Below, in pieces: positions 21,117 through 30,827 of a DNA stretch of 64,000 nucleotides. A model generated the notes under the pieces. The model was not told the DNA's origin. It did no database searches and saw only the letters and a program-made list of their open reading frames with translations. The stretch comes from a virus. Every line of letters begins with the position of its first letter. Within the stretch, counting starts at the first letter, position 1. A program made the position numbers and the translations under genes. The DNA is taken from IMG/VR virus record IMGVR_UViG_3300027741_000027, positions 1-64,000 of that record. One strand, written 5' to 3'.

Positions 21117-23270
21117 CTAAGCGACTTTCATTCCCCAAATTTTTAATATGCCATATATATCCGCAGTAGCTCCGCTATCATTTTTTACCCATCCAACAAT
21201 GTTGCCTGCTACCGTGCTACTGCCGGTATCATAAACCCCACATATCACATTGTTGGTAGCAGTTCCCGGACTTGACGAACGAGATCCAAGCCCGAAAAAA
21301 TTTGCAAACCAATAATAACCATTTGGAACATTGACATCAGAAAAAGTGTGACTTTTTATGGCTCCATTAACGGCATCAGCGAAATTAGCTACATAATCAT
21401 ACCATAATATGGTTACGCTTTTTGTACTTGTCGTTCCGGAATCAGTTAATCTAAAACCATCAAAATCTGTACCTGCAAAAGTATTATCTACTGCAACTTT
21501 ATTTTTATTAATATAATTAGTACTTACATAACTTTGAGTCGCATAATTGTTAGAATTAACCCAATTTTGAGTTGCAACTTCAAAATTTCTGTATTTCAAT
21601 GTTTTATTAGCAGTACTTGCAAAATTACAATCTCCGTCGAAAGAAGCATTGCCATTAACATCGACCCAAGCTAAATTGTTATTTTTAGTAGTTGAGTTTC
21701 CAACCGCAAGATAACTAGTTGATCTTATATAATCGGTAACTCTTAATTCTTGATCTACAAGAACCGAACCAGTCACGTTAAGGGCGTTAGTTACATTACT
21801 AGTAACATTTAATGTTCCAGTAGTAATATTACCTGTTCCTGCACTAATGTTTCCGTTATTAGTATCAATTCCTCCTGCATCTCCTCCCCCTAATACAACT
21901 TTGCGAGCCGTTCCATCAGCCTTGGTTGTGTAAATGTCACTATTAGTTCCGCCACTAGCAACAATGTCACCTTTAGCTTCAATTTTTCCGGTAGAATCAA
22001 GTTTAACTTTATCAACAGTAGACGTTCCAACTATAATATCTCCAACTAAAGTTGTTCCCGAAACTGCTCCATTGACTCTAATATGGCCATTAGACGACAA
22101 AATAACACCATTAGATGTGCTGTTGTCATCCAAGGTAACCCTTCCGCTTGGACCTTTAATATAAATGGTTTGTCCGTCAATGACGGTGTTGACAGTGGAA
22201 CTATCAAAAATATTAATTAAGCCAGTAGATTTAATTTCTGTATAATTTGATGCTGAATTGCCAACTTTAATGTCCCCAGTTGTTTTATTAATTTGAATAG
22301 ATTGATTGGTTCCGTTATTAAATTCAATAAAACCGTTTAAACCAAAATTGATATTACCGGCATTGCCAACAGTAATAGAACCATTAGCTGGAACAGTAAC
22401 ACTATTTACTTTCATATCACTTGAAGGAACCCACTGATTTTCTATCTGACCATAAGTTTCAACAGCATCAGTATTTGAACTAGTAATATTAAAAGTATTA
22501 TCAGTCGGTTTATCAGATGTATTAGGAGCCTGAACCGTTGCGCCAACTGCGTGAATGGCACTAATAGTTTTATTGTCACTGGCCTTAGAAATGCCAGTTA
22601 ATTGATTATCAGGGGCAACCTTGAGGCCAGAATAAGAAAAAATTTCGCTATCAATTGTCACTGTTCCAGAAGTAGGCCAATTTTCAACAGAATCTAAAGT
22701 AATTGTTGTTGGAATAGAACCCTTGCTAATGGCAACAGTAAGCTTGGCAGAAGCTCCGGAACCCAAGACTGTAAACTTGCCATTGTAACTATCGGGCTTA
22801 AAACCAGAAATGGTTACTTGCTGACCGGCAATAAGATGATTAACGTCCTTAGTGGTAAAAGTAAGGATAGTTCCCGCATCATTCAATTTGACAAGGGTAA
22901 TTGTGTTTGAATCCTGATGCTGAAGAACGGAATAACTATCGGCACTAGAATCAAAAGTAGCAAGAACAGACTTACCACTAGCGTCCTTAATTGTGTCAGA
23001 AGCAATGCGAGCCTCACCGGGCTGCATCTGATCAACTGGGTAATCGTTTTTAACGTCAATTTTAGAATCAAGCTTCCAATGATGACCGTCTTTGTGAACA
23101 AACCAATGTTCTCCTTCTTGCGGCCAAATAAAAGTGTTAGGCACTCCAATTACAGAAATAAATCCCGTGCCTCCGTCTTTAAATCTGCATTGTATATTGC
23201 GATTAGCAATATCAACCGTTTGAATTAAAACGGCCATTTTAATCATTCTACCAGTTGCGTGTTGAATCAT
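21117..23270 (-). CDS. Baseplate spike/central tail protein with beta-repeat extension
   Basis: N-terminal OB-like region (WPQEGEHWFV), G-rich beta repeats, located between hub and gp25. Start may be 23246 or 23237. Confidence 0.55.
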   Translation of the reverse strand: MIQHATGRMIKMAVLIQTVDIANRNIQCRFKDGGTGFISVIGVPNTFIWPQEGEHWFVHKDGHHWKLDSKIDVKNDYPVDQMQPGEARIASDTIKDASGKSVLATFDSSADSYSVLQHQDSNTITLVKLNDAGTILTFTTKDVNHLIAGQQVTISGFKPDSYNGKFTVLGSGASAKLTVAISKGSIPTTITLDSVENWPTSGTVTIDSEIFSYSGLKVAPDNQLTGISKASDNKTISAIHAVGATVQAPNTSDKPTDNTFNITSSNTDAVETYGQIENQWVPSSDMKVNSVTVPANGSITVGNAGNINFGLNGFIEFNNGTNQSIQINKTTGDIKVGNSASNYTEIKSTGLINIFDSSTVNTVIDGQTIYIKGPSGRVTLDDNSTSNGVILSSNGHIRVNGAVSGTTLVGDIIVGTSTVDKVKLDSTGKIEAKGDIVASGGTNSDIYTTKADGTARKVVLGGGDAGGIDTNNGNISAGTGNITTGTLNVTSNVTNALNVTGSVLVDQELRVTDYIRSTSYLAVGNSTTKNNNLAWVDVNGNASFDGDCNFASTANKTLKYRNFEVATQNWVNSNNYATQSYVSTNYINKNKVAVDNTFAGTDFDGFRLTDSGTTSTKSVTILWYDYVANFADAVNGAIKSHTFSDVNVPNGYYWFANFFGLGSRSSSPGTATNNVICGVYDTGSSTVAGNIVGWVKNDSGATADIYGILKIWGMKVA

Positions 23271-23272
23271 AA

Positions 23273-24724
23273 CTATTTAGGTGTCCACTTTCCTTTATTA
23301 TTACTGATGGGTAATGATGTAGAAGAAGCCATAGCTTCGTCATTAGTAATTGGTCTAATCATGCCATGACTAATAGAAGACCTGTCCGCGTTTAAGGCCT
23401 TCCCATCAGATCCCCTAATGGCGCTTGGGGCTATCAAAACAACGTTAGTTGTAAAACCATTTTGATAATCACAATTATGGCTTACCGCCTCCACAAAACA
23501 TTGGATCCCATGCTCAGGAAAAGAAACTATCCCTCCGGGATATAATTCAGGCATAAAAGTTAATTCAAATTCTGTTTGAAATTGCTGCGCCCACAACAAA
23601 CAAAATTTTTGATAAGCTAAAAAAGCTTCGTAAATTGGCGCTCTTACATAAGGTTCTCCTTTATAAACTGGTCGCGCTCCATATTTTTTTAAAAATTGAA
23701 TTGCATCGTCTTTACTTGAAAATCCGGGACCGTCAATAAATCCTGCCATAAATGCATTAAAAATTGTAACGACGCCACCGGTAGCTAATTTATCCACTAA
23801 TTCAATTTGCCCATCAATTGCACTAGACACATCTCCAACAACAAAAACGTGAGTTGCGAGACTATCATCAGACAAATCTATTTTTCCGCTAATAATTTCA
23901 ATATCTGCAATTTCCCAATGCGGAGTGGCCCCAAAAGATCCAAAGTAATCAGGATAAAATGCATAAAATTTACCATCTGGTAAGGACATCATTCTTCTTA
24001 ATGAGGCGTTAGTAATGTTTTGAACAACTTCAAAAATAGACTGGTCATTCATCATTCCTCTCACGCCGGTTAATTGTTGCGATTCCTGAGCATCAAATAT
24101 GCCCGGCAGAGTAAGGTATCCAGTTAAACCCTGAGAGATCGATATCTGTTGAGCGGAATATCCAGTACCTATGCTACCCTCTGTAGAGATTTCCCCCGTG
24201 TTGGTCTTAAGAGATCGCAACCAGTTTCTCATTTTAGATCCAGATCCAAATGATGGACCACTTCTAGGATTTCCTGTGTTATCGCCCCAACCAATTTCTA
24301 GATATTCATTGCCGGTTAATCCAATAATGTCTTGAGCCTTAACCTTTTTGCCAATAACAGTTAATTTTCCATTAACGGAATACTCAGATTTTGCCAAATT
24401 ACCATAATAAACATATTTAAAATTATTACCATCAATGGAAATACTGTTATCTAACTCTAAAATGACCCAATCATTGCCCAAGCCGCCTATACTCAAGTCT
24501 GGTTTTCCTGCTGTAATTGTTCCTGCGCCAACCGCCAAGACATTAATATTGCCATTTGTTGGAATTTTTACTCCCATGGTGGTCATATTTGTTGCAATGG
24601 TATCCCAGTGACCTGAAAAATTGGTGTCACTCGGAAGACAAAAAACGTTTTCCGCAGCAACTTGATTTTGTGCATTTGGTGAGCCTGTGCTTGGCTTTGT
24701 TTCTGTTTTAGTAGATCTAGTCAT
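23273..24724 (-). CDS. Baseplate hub, C-terminal part, with degenerate M23-like domain
   Basis: YGARP..., MPELYPG..., FVEAVSH...GFTT hub motifs; the N-terminal part resembles LytM lacking its His ligands. Confidence 0.65.
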   Translation of the reverse strand: MTRSTKTETKPSTGSPNAQNQVAAENVFCLPSDTNFSGHWDTIATNMTTMGVKIPTNGNINVLAVGAGTITAGKPDLSIGGLGNDWVILELDNSISIDGNNFKYVYYGNLAKSEYSVNGKLTVIGKKVKAQDIIGLTGNEYLEIGWGDNTGNPRSGPSFGSGSKMRNWLRSLKTNTGEISTEGSIGTGYSAQQISISQGLTGYLTLPGIFDAQESQQLTGVRGMMNDQSIFEVVQNITNASLRRMMSLPDGKFYAFYPDYFGSFGATPHWEIADIEIISGKIDLSDDSLATHVFVVGDVSSAIDGQIELVDKLATGGVVTIFNAFMAGFIDGPGFSSKDDAIQFLKKYGARPVYKGEPYVRAPIYEAFLAYQKFCLLWAQQFQTEFELTFMPELYPGGIVSFPEHGIQCFVEAVSHNCDYQNGFTTNVVLIAPSAIRGSDGKALNADRSSISHGMIRPITNDEAMASSTSLPISNNKGKWTPK

Positions 24725-25827
24725 TATTGAGGGTCCTTATTCTGTTTTGACCTATAAGAGATTAACAAACCTTTAGCAACGGCGCGAGCGTCTTGCTCAA
24801 AGTTTCCACTACTGCCAGACCAATTTAATGGTCTATCGCCTCCGGGCCAATAATTTTCCTTGTCTGGAATATTAAACCAAGCGGAAGGAGATTTTCCATA
24901 ATTAGATTCTTTTCCATAAATACCCCATAGTGCGGCAAAAGGAATTTTTTGCTCAGCGGCCACTTTTTCAACAATTTGACGATCATTTGGAACGGCTCCG
25001 TTATGAGGGTCTTGATTAAGTGCAGAATTGACATCCGAACTGCCGTATTTGTTATCTGAATAGTCACCAAGCGTTTTCTCCCAATCAGAGCCAATCTTCG
25101 AAGAATTTGTTTTTACGGGTTTATTGTCAGATGGAACGCTTGTATTGGCATCAGAACCAACCTTGCTCACAAAATCAGAAAGAAATGCTGAATACTTTTC
25201 AAGATTTTCTTTACCAGATTTTTCAAGATCGTCAAATATTTTGGCAACCTGCCCTTGAATAGCTTCACTAGGCATTGGTCCAATAACAATGTCGCCCTTG
25301 CTCCAATTTCCAGCCTCATGTAAAAATGCCATTAATAAATTTCCTAATCCGGCATCATTTAACTGCTTAGTGTTTCCAGCGTTAGCCGTATCGGCCATTC
25401 GATTTGATCCAGTAAGATAATCATATGACCACCCATGCCTTTGCATAAATTGAGTAACAAATGGAAGTCCGGGATCCCAATATGTGTATTTAATTTTTTT
25501 AAATGTGCATGATGCTTGTATTGAAGCAAGTCCGGGAAACATTTGAAAATAAGGAGTCGTATCACAAAATCCAGTAAAAACTTGAACGGGTCTTCCTTTT
25601 AATCTTGTCATTGATATTACAATTGGGTCCATGGGATGAAAGGCTGGCGGATCAGTAAATAAAAACTTTGATCCAACTTTAGGATTTCTAAAAGTAACTG
25701 TTGCAGAGCTAACACTGTCTATTTGTCTAGAAACAGAGCAACCGGTTACGTGATCGGATAAATCAACGATTCCTGAATCGGTTTTTATATAAACGTTTAC
25801 AGATGGAGAGTAAATTAATCTTTGCAT
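24724..25827 (-). CDS. Baseplate hub, N-terminal part, with lysozyme-like segment
   Basis: DLSDHVTGCSVSRQIDSVSSATVTFRN hub start; C-terminal VAAEQKIPFAALWGIYGKESNYG. Confidence 0.65.
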   Translation of the reverse strand: MQRLIYSPSVNVYIKTDSGIVDLSDHVTGCSVSRQIDSVSSATVTFRNPKVGSKFLFTDPPAFHPMDPIVISMTRLKGRPVQVFTGFCDTTPYFQMFPGLASIQASCTFKKIKYTYWDPGLPFVTQFMQRHGWSYDYLTGSNRMADTANAGNTKQLNDAGLGNLLMAFLHEAGNWSKGDIVIGPMPSEAIQGQVAKIFDDLEKSGKENLEKYSAFLSDFVSKVGSDANTSVPSDNKPVKTNSSKIGSDWEKTLGDYSDNKYGSSDVNSALNQDPHNGAVPNDRQIVEKVAAEQKIPFAALWGIYGKESNYGKSPSAWFNIPDKENYWPGGDRPLNWSGSSGNFEQDARAVAKGLLISYRSKQNKDPQ

Positions 25828-25829
25828 AT

Positions 25830-26504
25830 TTATTCCTTAAACATTGACATCCAGCCAACAGTTTGAGATCCGGTGCTAGAAACATCGCTATAAATTCCAA
25901 TGTCGCCTGTTAAAACTGAAGTTGCTAAGATTACGTCAAACGAAAACTCTGGAGCGTAATTAAATTTTATAGCTCCGGCATCAAAGTTGTTTAAATAACC
26001 TTGAAAAATTAAACCTTTATGGCCACCCTTAATACTTCTCTGTTTATTTTTTCCTCGTTTTCCAGCGCCTTTTAATAAAATTTGTACCGTGGGCGAACCA
26101 GAATTTTTTAAAGACTGATAATGACTTTCACGCATAAACGATGATAATATATTATATTGATATTGATTTGCGCACTGCCCCTTAACATTCATAATAGGTT
26201 GATTAAAAGACTTTGGAAAAAATTGCCTTCTGTATCTGCTTTGACCCACCGATCCACTCATAGAAAAATCTATATTAATTTCATGAACCCAAAGGTAGAT
26301 TTTTTGATCAGATGGATCGCTAATCATCATGTTCCATGTATCACTCTTTGCAGGATCGCGATCAGGCGTAGTTACTTGCCACCCGGTATCCGGCCTAATT
26401 TGATTTAAAAAGCTATTTGCTCCTGAAAATCCGCCTGCCGACCCTTGGTAAGTATTTGGTGGCGCAACTTTATACTTATTATGTTTTTTTGAATTACGTT
26501 TCAT
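25830..26504 (-). CDS. Tail/baseplate hypothetical protein
   Basis: 224 aa, between tape measure and hub. Confidence 0.6.
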   Translation of the reverse strand: MKRNSKKHNKYKVAPPNTYQGSAGGFSGANSFLNQIRPDTGWQVTTPDRDPAKSDTWNMMISDPSDQKIYLWVHEINIDFSMSGSVGQSRYRRQFFPKSFNQPIMNVKGQCANQYQYNILSSFMRESHYQSLKNSGSPTVQILLKGAGKRGKNKQRSIKGGHKGLIFQGYLNNFDAGAIKFNYAPEFSFDVILATSVLTGDIGIYSDVSSTGSQTVGWMSMFKE

Positions 26505-26510
26505 TGTGAT

Positions 26511-27239
26511 TTATTTACCAGTGGGCTTTGAAATATTTTGATTTTGCCAATCTGCCGCACCCGGCGAGCTAACATAAAAAGAGTGCAATCTTTCCTGATA
26601 GGCTCTAACGGCGGCTTCATTTTGAGCATTACTTAAATCTGCGTACTCTGGATAATTTTGAGACCATGGATTTTTGTCATCGTAACCAATGCCAGCGGTC
26701 ACGGTTCCAAAGGGTTCAAATCCACCATCGGGACTTATTCCACTCAAGTTTGCATTATCCATAACCGCACTTTTAAAGTCGTCATTAAATTCAACAACAG
26801 CCGCTTCAATATTCCATTGCGGAGCCACAATATCTCTTCCGTATTTAAATCCGGGCAGAGACTTGGGCATAATTTGAAATTTCCACCCTCTATTTAAATA
26901 TTCAAAGCTCACGGGAGTCATATCATACGATGCTGAATTTCTCCCTTGGGTTGCCTGTTGCATATAAAGCGTAAACCATTTATAAATTTCTTCAATTTGA
27001 TCATAGGATCTTACAGTTCCTGATATCTTCATATCTCCAACATACATAGAAAGAATTTGTACGACTTCCCCTCCGTAAGTTGGATAACTATTGGTATTCA
27101 ATCCATATGACCACGTAATTTCATCAGGACTTAGAGGCACATTTAATTGACCAACACTGGGATGAGAGAAAACAACTTGGGTTATCTCTTTTTTAGGCTC
27201 TTTAAATTTATTAATATTTTGAGTTCTATGTTTTTTCAT
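26511..27239 (-). CDS. Tail tube initiator-like protein
   Basis: PLSPDEITWSYGLNTNSYPTYGGEVVQILS; follows the tape measure gene. Confidence 0.55.
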   Translation of the reverse strand: MKKHRTQNINKFKEPKKEITQVVFSHPSVGQLNVPLSPDEITWSYGLNTNSYPTYGGEVVQILSMYVGDMKISGTVRSYDQIEEIYKWFTLYMQQATQGRNSASYDMTPVSFEYLNRGWKFQIMPKSLPGFKYGRDIVAPQWNIEAAVVEFNDDFKSAVMDNANLSGISPDGGFEPFGTVTAGIGYDDKNPWSQNYPEYADLSNAQNEAAVRAYQERLHSFYVSSPGAADWQNQNISKPTGK

Positions 27240-27242
27240 TAT

Positions 27243-29099
27243 CTAATCTTGCGATGGAGATGTGCCAGTTTTATTTGACGCCGTTTTATTTGATAATTTA
27301 CCGGCTGCGTTTTTTAAATACTCCGACGCCTTATTTAATAATTGACCAACGTCAGCGTTTCCTAAAGGATCCACCCCGCCAGACAGTGCGTTTTTATAAT
27401 CTTGACCATTGCCTGAAGCTTTTGCAGTCACAACCGCCTGAACATAACTTTCCATTGTATCCGGGTTGTCCATAATGTGTTTTGAAAATTCTCCTCGTTG
27501 TTCATTTGATATACCTGCATTTGCAGATATTTGATTAACAATACCCATTCTTTCGTTAGCACTCATATCAGCAAACTTTTTAACCCCAGTCTGAGCATTG
27601 TCTCCGTACTGACTGGCAATTTGTGTTGCGGTGTTATACCCTTGAGCTGTTTTAGGATCAAGGGAAAGCATATGACGTAAAACTGGAACGCTTGGAAGAG
27701 TTGGATCTGTATTAACCATTCTTTGTAATGCGTCTAAACCCTTTGCAGAGCCGGGATCGACTCCACGACCCCCATAAGCAGCATACATATCTTTAAGACC
27801 AGACGTTGTAGCTTGAAGTTTTTGACCTGCGGTTGCGTCTTGAACGGCCCAAGGATTTATGCCCATTTGCGAAAATTTTGCTCTAATCATTGGGCTTTCT
27901 TGCATTTTATTAAGAATATTTGGATCTACGCCAGTTGCAGAAAGTTGACCTATATACGATTGAGCCGCAGATCCAACACCCCTTGTCCCGCCCTGCATTG
28001 CTTGAGTTGTATAGGAGGCCATTCCATTATAAAGTTGATCCATATTCATACGAGCGCCCGCTGCCGCAGGACCGACTCTAGAAAGAGAATCGGTCAATTT
28101 ATTAACTTCGTCTGAAGATTGAAATCTAGTTCCGCCGTACAGACCGGCAGTAATCGGATTTAACATGGCGGGATTTGCATTAACCACTCTTGCATACCCT
28201 TCTTGCATTTGCGCAAATTCAGGGCTAGAATCATTAAAACCTGTGCTAAAAAGCTGTTGTCTAATACTCGTTGCTTGATCTTTATTGATACCGGCTCTGG
28301 CAGACAAAGCTCTTGTCAAAACTGAACTTTCGGCTCCTCTGATTGTTGCAGCATTAACTGGAAATCTAAAACCCATTCCGCCAACAATTGGAACATTTGA
28401 AGGAATTGATAAATTGCCCCCTGCGGGTGATACACCTTGAGAAGCTCCGACCGATTCAAAACCCTGAATGCCTCTATACCCTTGTTTTGCTAATCCATAA
28501 CCCCTTGACATTATTGGAGCATATTCAGCGGATCTAGATAATAGGGCTTCGGCGCTATTTAACCTTGTAGTGGTTGAATCAAAAATAGGTTTTCCAGTAG
28601 AGGGGTTAATTCTCTTAGCATTTTGCTTTCCAATTACATCTGCGCCTAATTGAAACATTTGCCCCATGCTCATTTGTCCTCCAAAAATAGCTGGATCTAT
28701 TATTGATGATGGATTTGGATTAACTCCAAGGGTCGCCCTTTGCATGGCTATTTTTTGTTTGTTTGAAACAATTTGTCCGCGTTGATCTTTATAATCTGCT
28801 GCGATTACATCTGCGGGTTTAAAAAGACCTCCGAGCGCACCAGTGACTCCTTTACCCAAATCGGCACCTTTACCATAAGTATAAAGCAGGGCTTGTTCTT
28901 TTAACTGTTTTACAACTTCTGGGTCGCGCCCTAGTCCCCCGGCTCCGCGACTAATTTTACTACTTTCTTCAGATTTTTTAATGTTTTCACTGACGGATCG
29001 TCCAATTGCTTCAGCTAATTTTACAATTAATTGCGCGTCAAAATCAGAAATAAATGCGGCTGGATTGTCGGGATTATTTGGGTCGCGTTCTTGAGTCAT
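27243..29099 (-). CDS. Tape measure protein
   Basis: 618 aa, G/A/Q-rich helical; directly downstream of the frameshifting tail chaperone. Confidence 0.7.
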   Translation of the reverse strand: MTQERDPNNPDNPAAFISDFDAQLIVKLAEAIGRSVSENIKKSEESSKISRGAGGLGRDPEVVKQLKEQALLYTYGKGADLGKGVTGALGGLFKPADVIAADYKDQRGQIVSNKQKIAMQRATLGVNPNPSSIIDPAIFGGQMSMGQMFQLGADVIGKQNAKRINPSTGKPIFDSTTTRLNSAEALLSRSAEYAPIMSRGYGLAKQGYRGIQGFESVGASQGVSPAGGNLSIPSNVPIVGGMGFRFPVNAATIRGAESSVLTRALSARAGINKDQATSIRQQLFSTGFNDSSPEFAQMQEGYARVVNANPAMLNPITAGLYGGTRFQSSDEVNKLTDSLSRVGPAAAGARMNMDQLYNGMASYTTQAMQGGTRGVGSAAQSYIGQLSATGVDPNILNKMQESPMIRAKFSQMGINPWAVQDATAGQKLQATTSGLKDMYAAYGGRGVDPGSAKGLDALQRMVNTDPTLPSVPVLRHMLSLDPKTAQGYNTATQIASQYGDNAQTGVKKFADMSANERMGIVNQISANAGISNEQRGEFSKHIMDNPDTMESYVQAVVTAKASGNGQDYKNALSGGVDPLGNADVGQLLNKASEYLKNAAGKLSNKTASNKTGTSPSQD

Positions 29100-29180
29100 G
29101 TGTGATAAGATATTTCCACTGTTTATAATTTACGCGACTGGAAAGCGCATAGTTGGTGTACTAACTAAAAAGGATATGCT

Positions 29181-29336
29181 ATGAAGATTTTTACAAATTT
29201 AATTATGGTTGTTATTGCGATTGTTTTTTCGCCGCTATTTTTGGCACTAATTATCTTAGAGTGGCTTTTTGGCGACGATCCACGTAGCCACTACAACGGT
29301 TACGCATGGGTCTATTACAATGAATGGAAGAACTAA
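29181..29336 (+). CDS. 51-aa single-pass membrane protein (absent from the ORF track)
   Basis: MKIFTNLIMVVIAIVFSPLFLALIILEWLFGDDPRSHYNGYAWVYYNEWKN; AAGGA RBS 6 nt upstream; TATAAT at 29124-29129. Confidence 0.65.
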   Translation: MKIFTNLIMVVIAIVFSPLFLALIILEWLFGDDPRSHYNGYAWVYYNEWKN

Positions 29337-30117
29337 TCGTTATCAATTAATCCATAAGATTTTAATTCTTTAAGCATGTTTTTGAATTCAAATTCGTTTT
29401 GAGGGGCTACATATTCAACGTCTTTTTCATCGATGACATCTTCTTCCATAAACATCTTTCTATACAAATCAATGCTATTGGCAAACACTTGATTTTTAAA
29501 TTCTTGCTCTCGCCTTTTTAAATCATTTTTTTGATCTTGATTTATTAAATAAAGGAGCAATTTTCTTTGTAAGATATTTAATCCTGCTCGCTGTCCAAAA
29601 TGTCCATGATCTCCCCTGTCATTTGAGAATCTACCTTCTTTTTCAAAAAGCTTGGCGAGTCCATAAAGGTATTTAGACTCTCTCTGGATAAAAAATCCAT
29701 TTCACGAATGCATGCTCGTTGCCTTTCTATTAAATCAGCATACTTAGAATAAACAAAGGCTAATGTTGGTTCGAACCAATGAGAGGCGATATAGTTAAAC
29801 CTAGCTCTGGCGTGATCTTTTTTATTTGGACCAATTGCCGGACAAAAATCTTCTCTGCCGTCAATCGCAATTAGGGACATTGCTATTTGAGCCGTAATTA
29901 AAGCTTTGGCTTCAGACATGCTTTCTGCGTACTCTTTTGACAAGAGTCCAGTCGTCATTTCTTCTTCAAGCCTTAGCGTTCTAATAACAAACTCATGACC
30001 GCAAAATTCAAATTCGTCTTCTAAATAACCAAGCCATAAAAGGCCATCTACATCTTCAGATACTTCTTCGGGAAAGCCGTCTTCGGCTTCGCTAACAAAA
30101 CTTTGATCTTCCATCAT
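29333..30117 (-). CDS. Tail assembly chaperone, long form via -1 frameshift (about 261 aa)
   Basis: T TTT TTA at 29695-29689; the -1 frame is open from 29701 to the stop at 29333 and absorbs ORF 29333..29560. Confidence 0.8.
29578..30117 (-). CDS. Tail assembly chaperone, short form (179 aa)
   Basis: Acidic protein between tube and tape measure; AAGGAAG RBS. Confidence 0.8.
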   Translation of the reverse strand: MMEDQSFVSEAEDGFPEEVSEDVDGLLWLGYLEDEFEFCGHEFVIRTLRLEEEMTTGLLSKEYAESMSEAKALITAQIAMSLIAIDGREDFCPAIGPNKKDHARARFNYIASHWFEPTLAFVYSKYADLIERQRACIREMDFLSRESLNTFMDSPSFLKKKVDSQMTGEIMDILDSEQD

Positions 30118-30171
30118 ACTTCCTTTACTTTTTGAAGAACTCTCTTATTAAGAGAGAGGAATGACTAGTTT

Positions 30172-30822
30172 TTAGAAAGAAGTTGTTGTAGAGCTATTTG
30201 GAGTAATTCCACCAAGGTTTGCAGATCTACGCTTGGTCATTGGATTGCGGAAACCGCGAGTCATGTATGTGTAGTTAACAGCAATCTGCTTGGTAATTTG
30301 CATTGTGCCAACTTCAATAGTTTCGCTGTCAGACACGTTTGAAATTACGCAATTGTGATACTCTTCTGTATATGGCTTCATTGTGCGACCACGAATCTGA
30401 GGAGGTTTGATGTACTTAATGATACGAATTGGTTCCTTAGCGTTAGCAACAGCGTTGAAAACGCCAACGATATCAACAGGGCCATTACCTTTACCTGTAA
30501 CGCCGTCGCCAAAACCGGTTGCTGAACTGGCATTTGGATCGCCGCCAAGATAGCTAGCAAGTCGCTCCCAAACCTGTGCTCCATAAAGCTCAAAAAGCTC
30601 AAGAACAATAGTACCCATTGAAGCAGCCTGAGGCGTAATTAATTCAACTGGGTAGGGTTCATCTAAGGGGTGAATTGCTACGGTGCCGGGACCAACGGGT
30701 GCTGGTGACGTATGTGAAATTTGCTGGGCAAAAAGAATTGGTTTATTATCCCATGTGAAAACGGTAAACCCAGACCCGCCTACTCTTGCCCTATTCCTTG
30801 CTCCTTTGAGATCGTCTGCCAT
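30172..30822 (-). CDS. Tail tube protein
   Basis: 216 aa directly after the sheath; GTIVLELFELY and EEYHNCVISNVSDSETI. Confidence 0.75.
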   Translation of the reverse strand: MADDLKGARNRARVGGSGFTVFTWDNKPILFAQQISHTSPAPVGPGTVAIHPLDEPYPVELITPQAASMGTIVLELFELYGAQVWERLASYLGGDPNASSATGFGDGVTGKGNGPVDIVGVFNAVANAKEPIRIIKYIKPPQIRGRTMKPYTEEYHNCVISNVSDSETIEVGTMQITKQIAVNYTYMTRGFRNPMTKRRSANLGGITPNSSTTTSF

Positions 30823-30827
30823 TTAAA

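Noticed and set aside
27243-29099. Short tape measure (618 aa) as an anomaly
   Set aside because: Compatible with a short contractile tail.
29642-29651. TTG AAA AAG as an alternative slippery site
   Set aside because: Not a full X XXY YYZ heptamer; the perfect T TTT TTA upstream explains the overlap.
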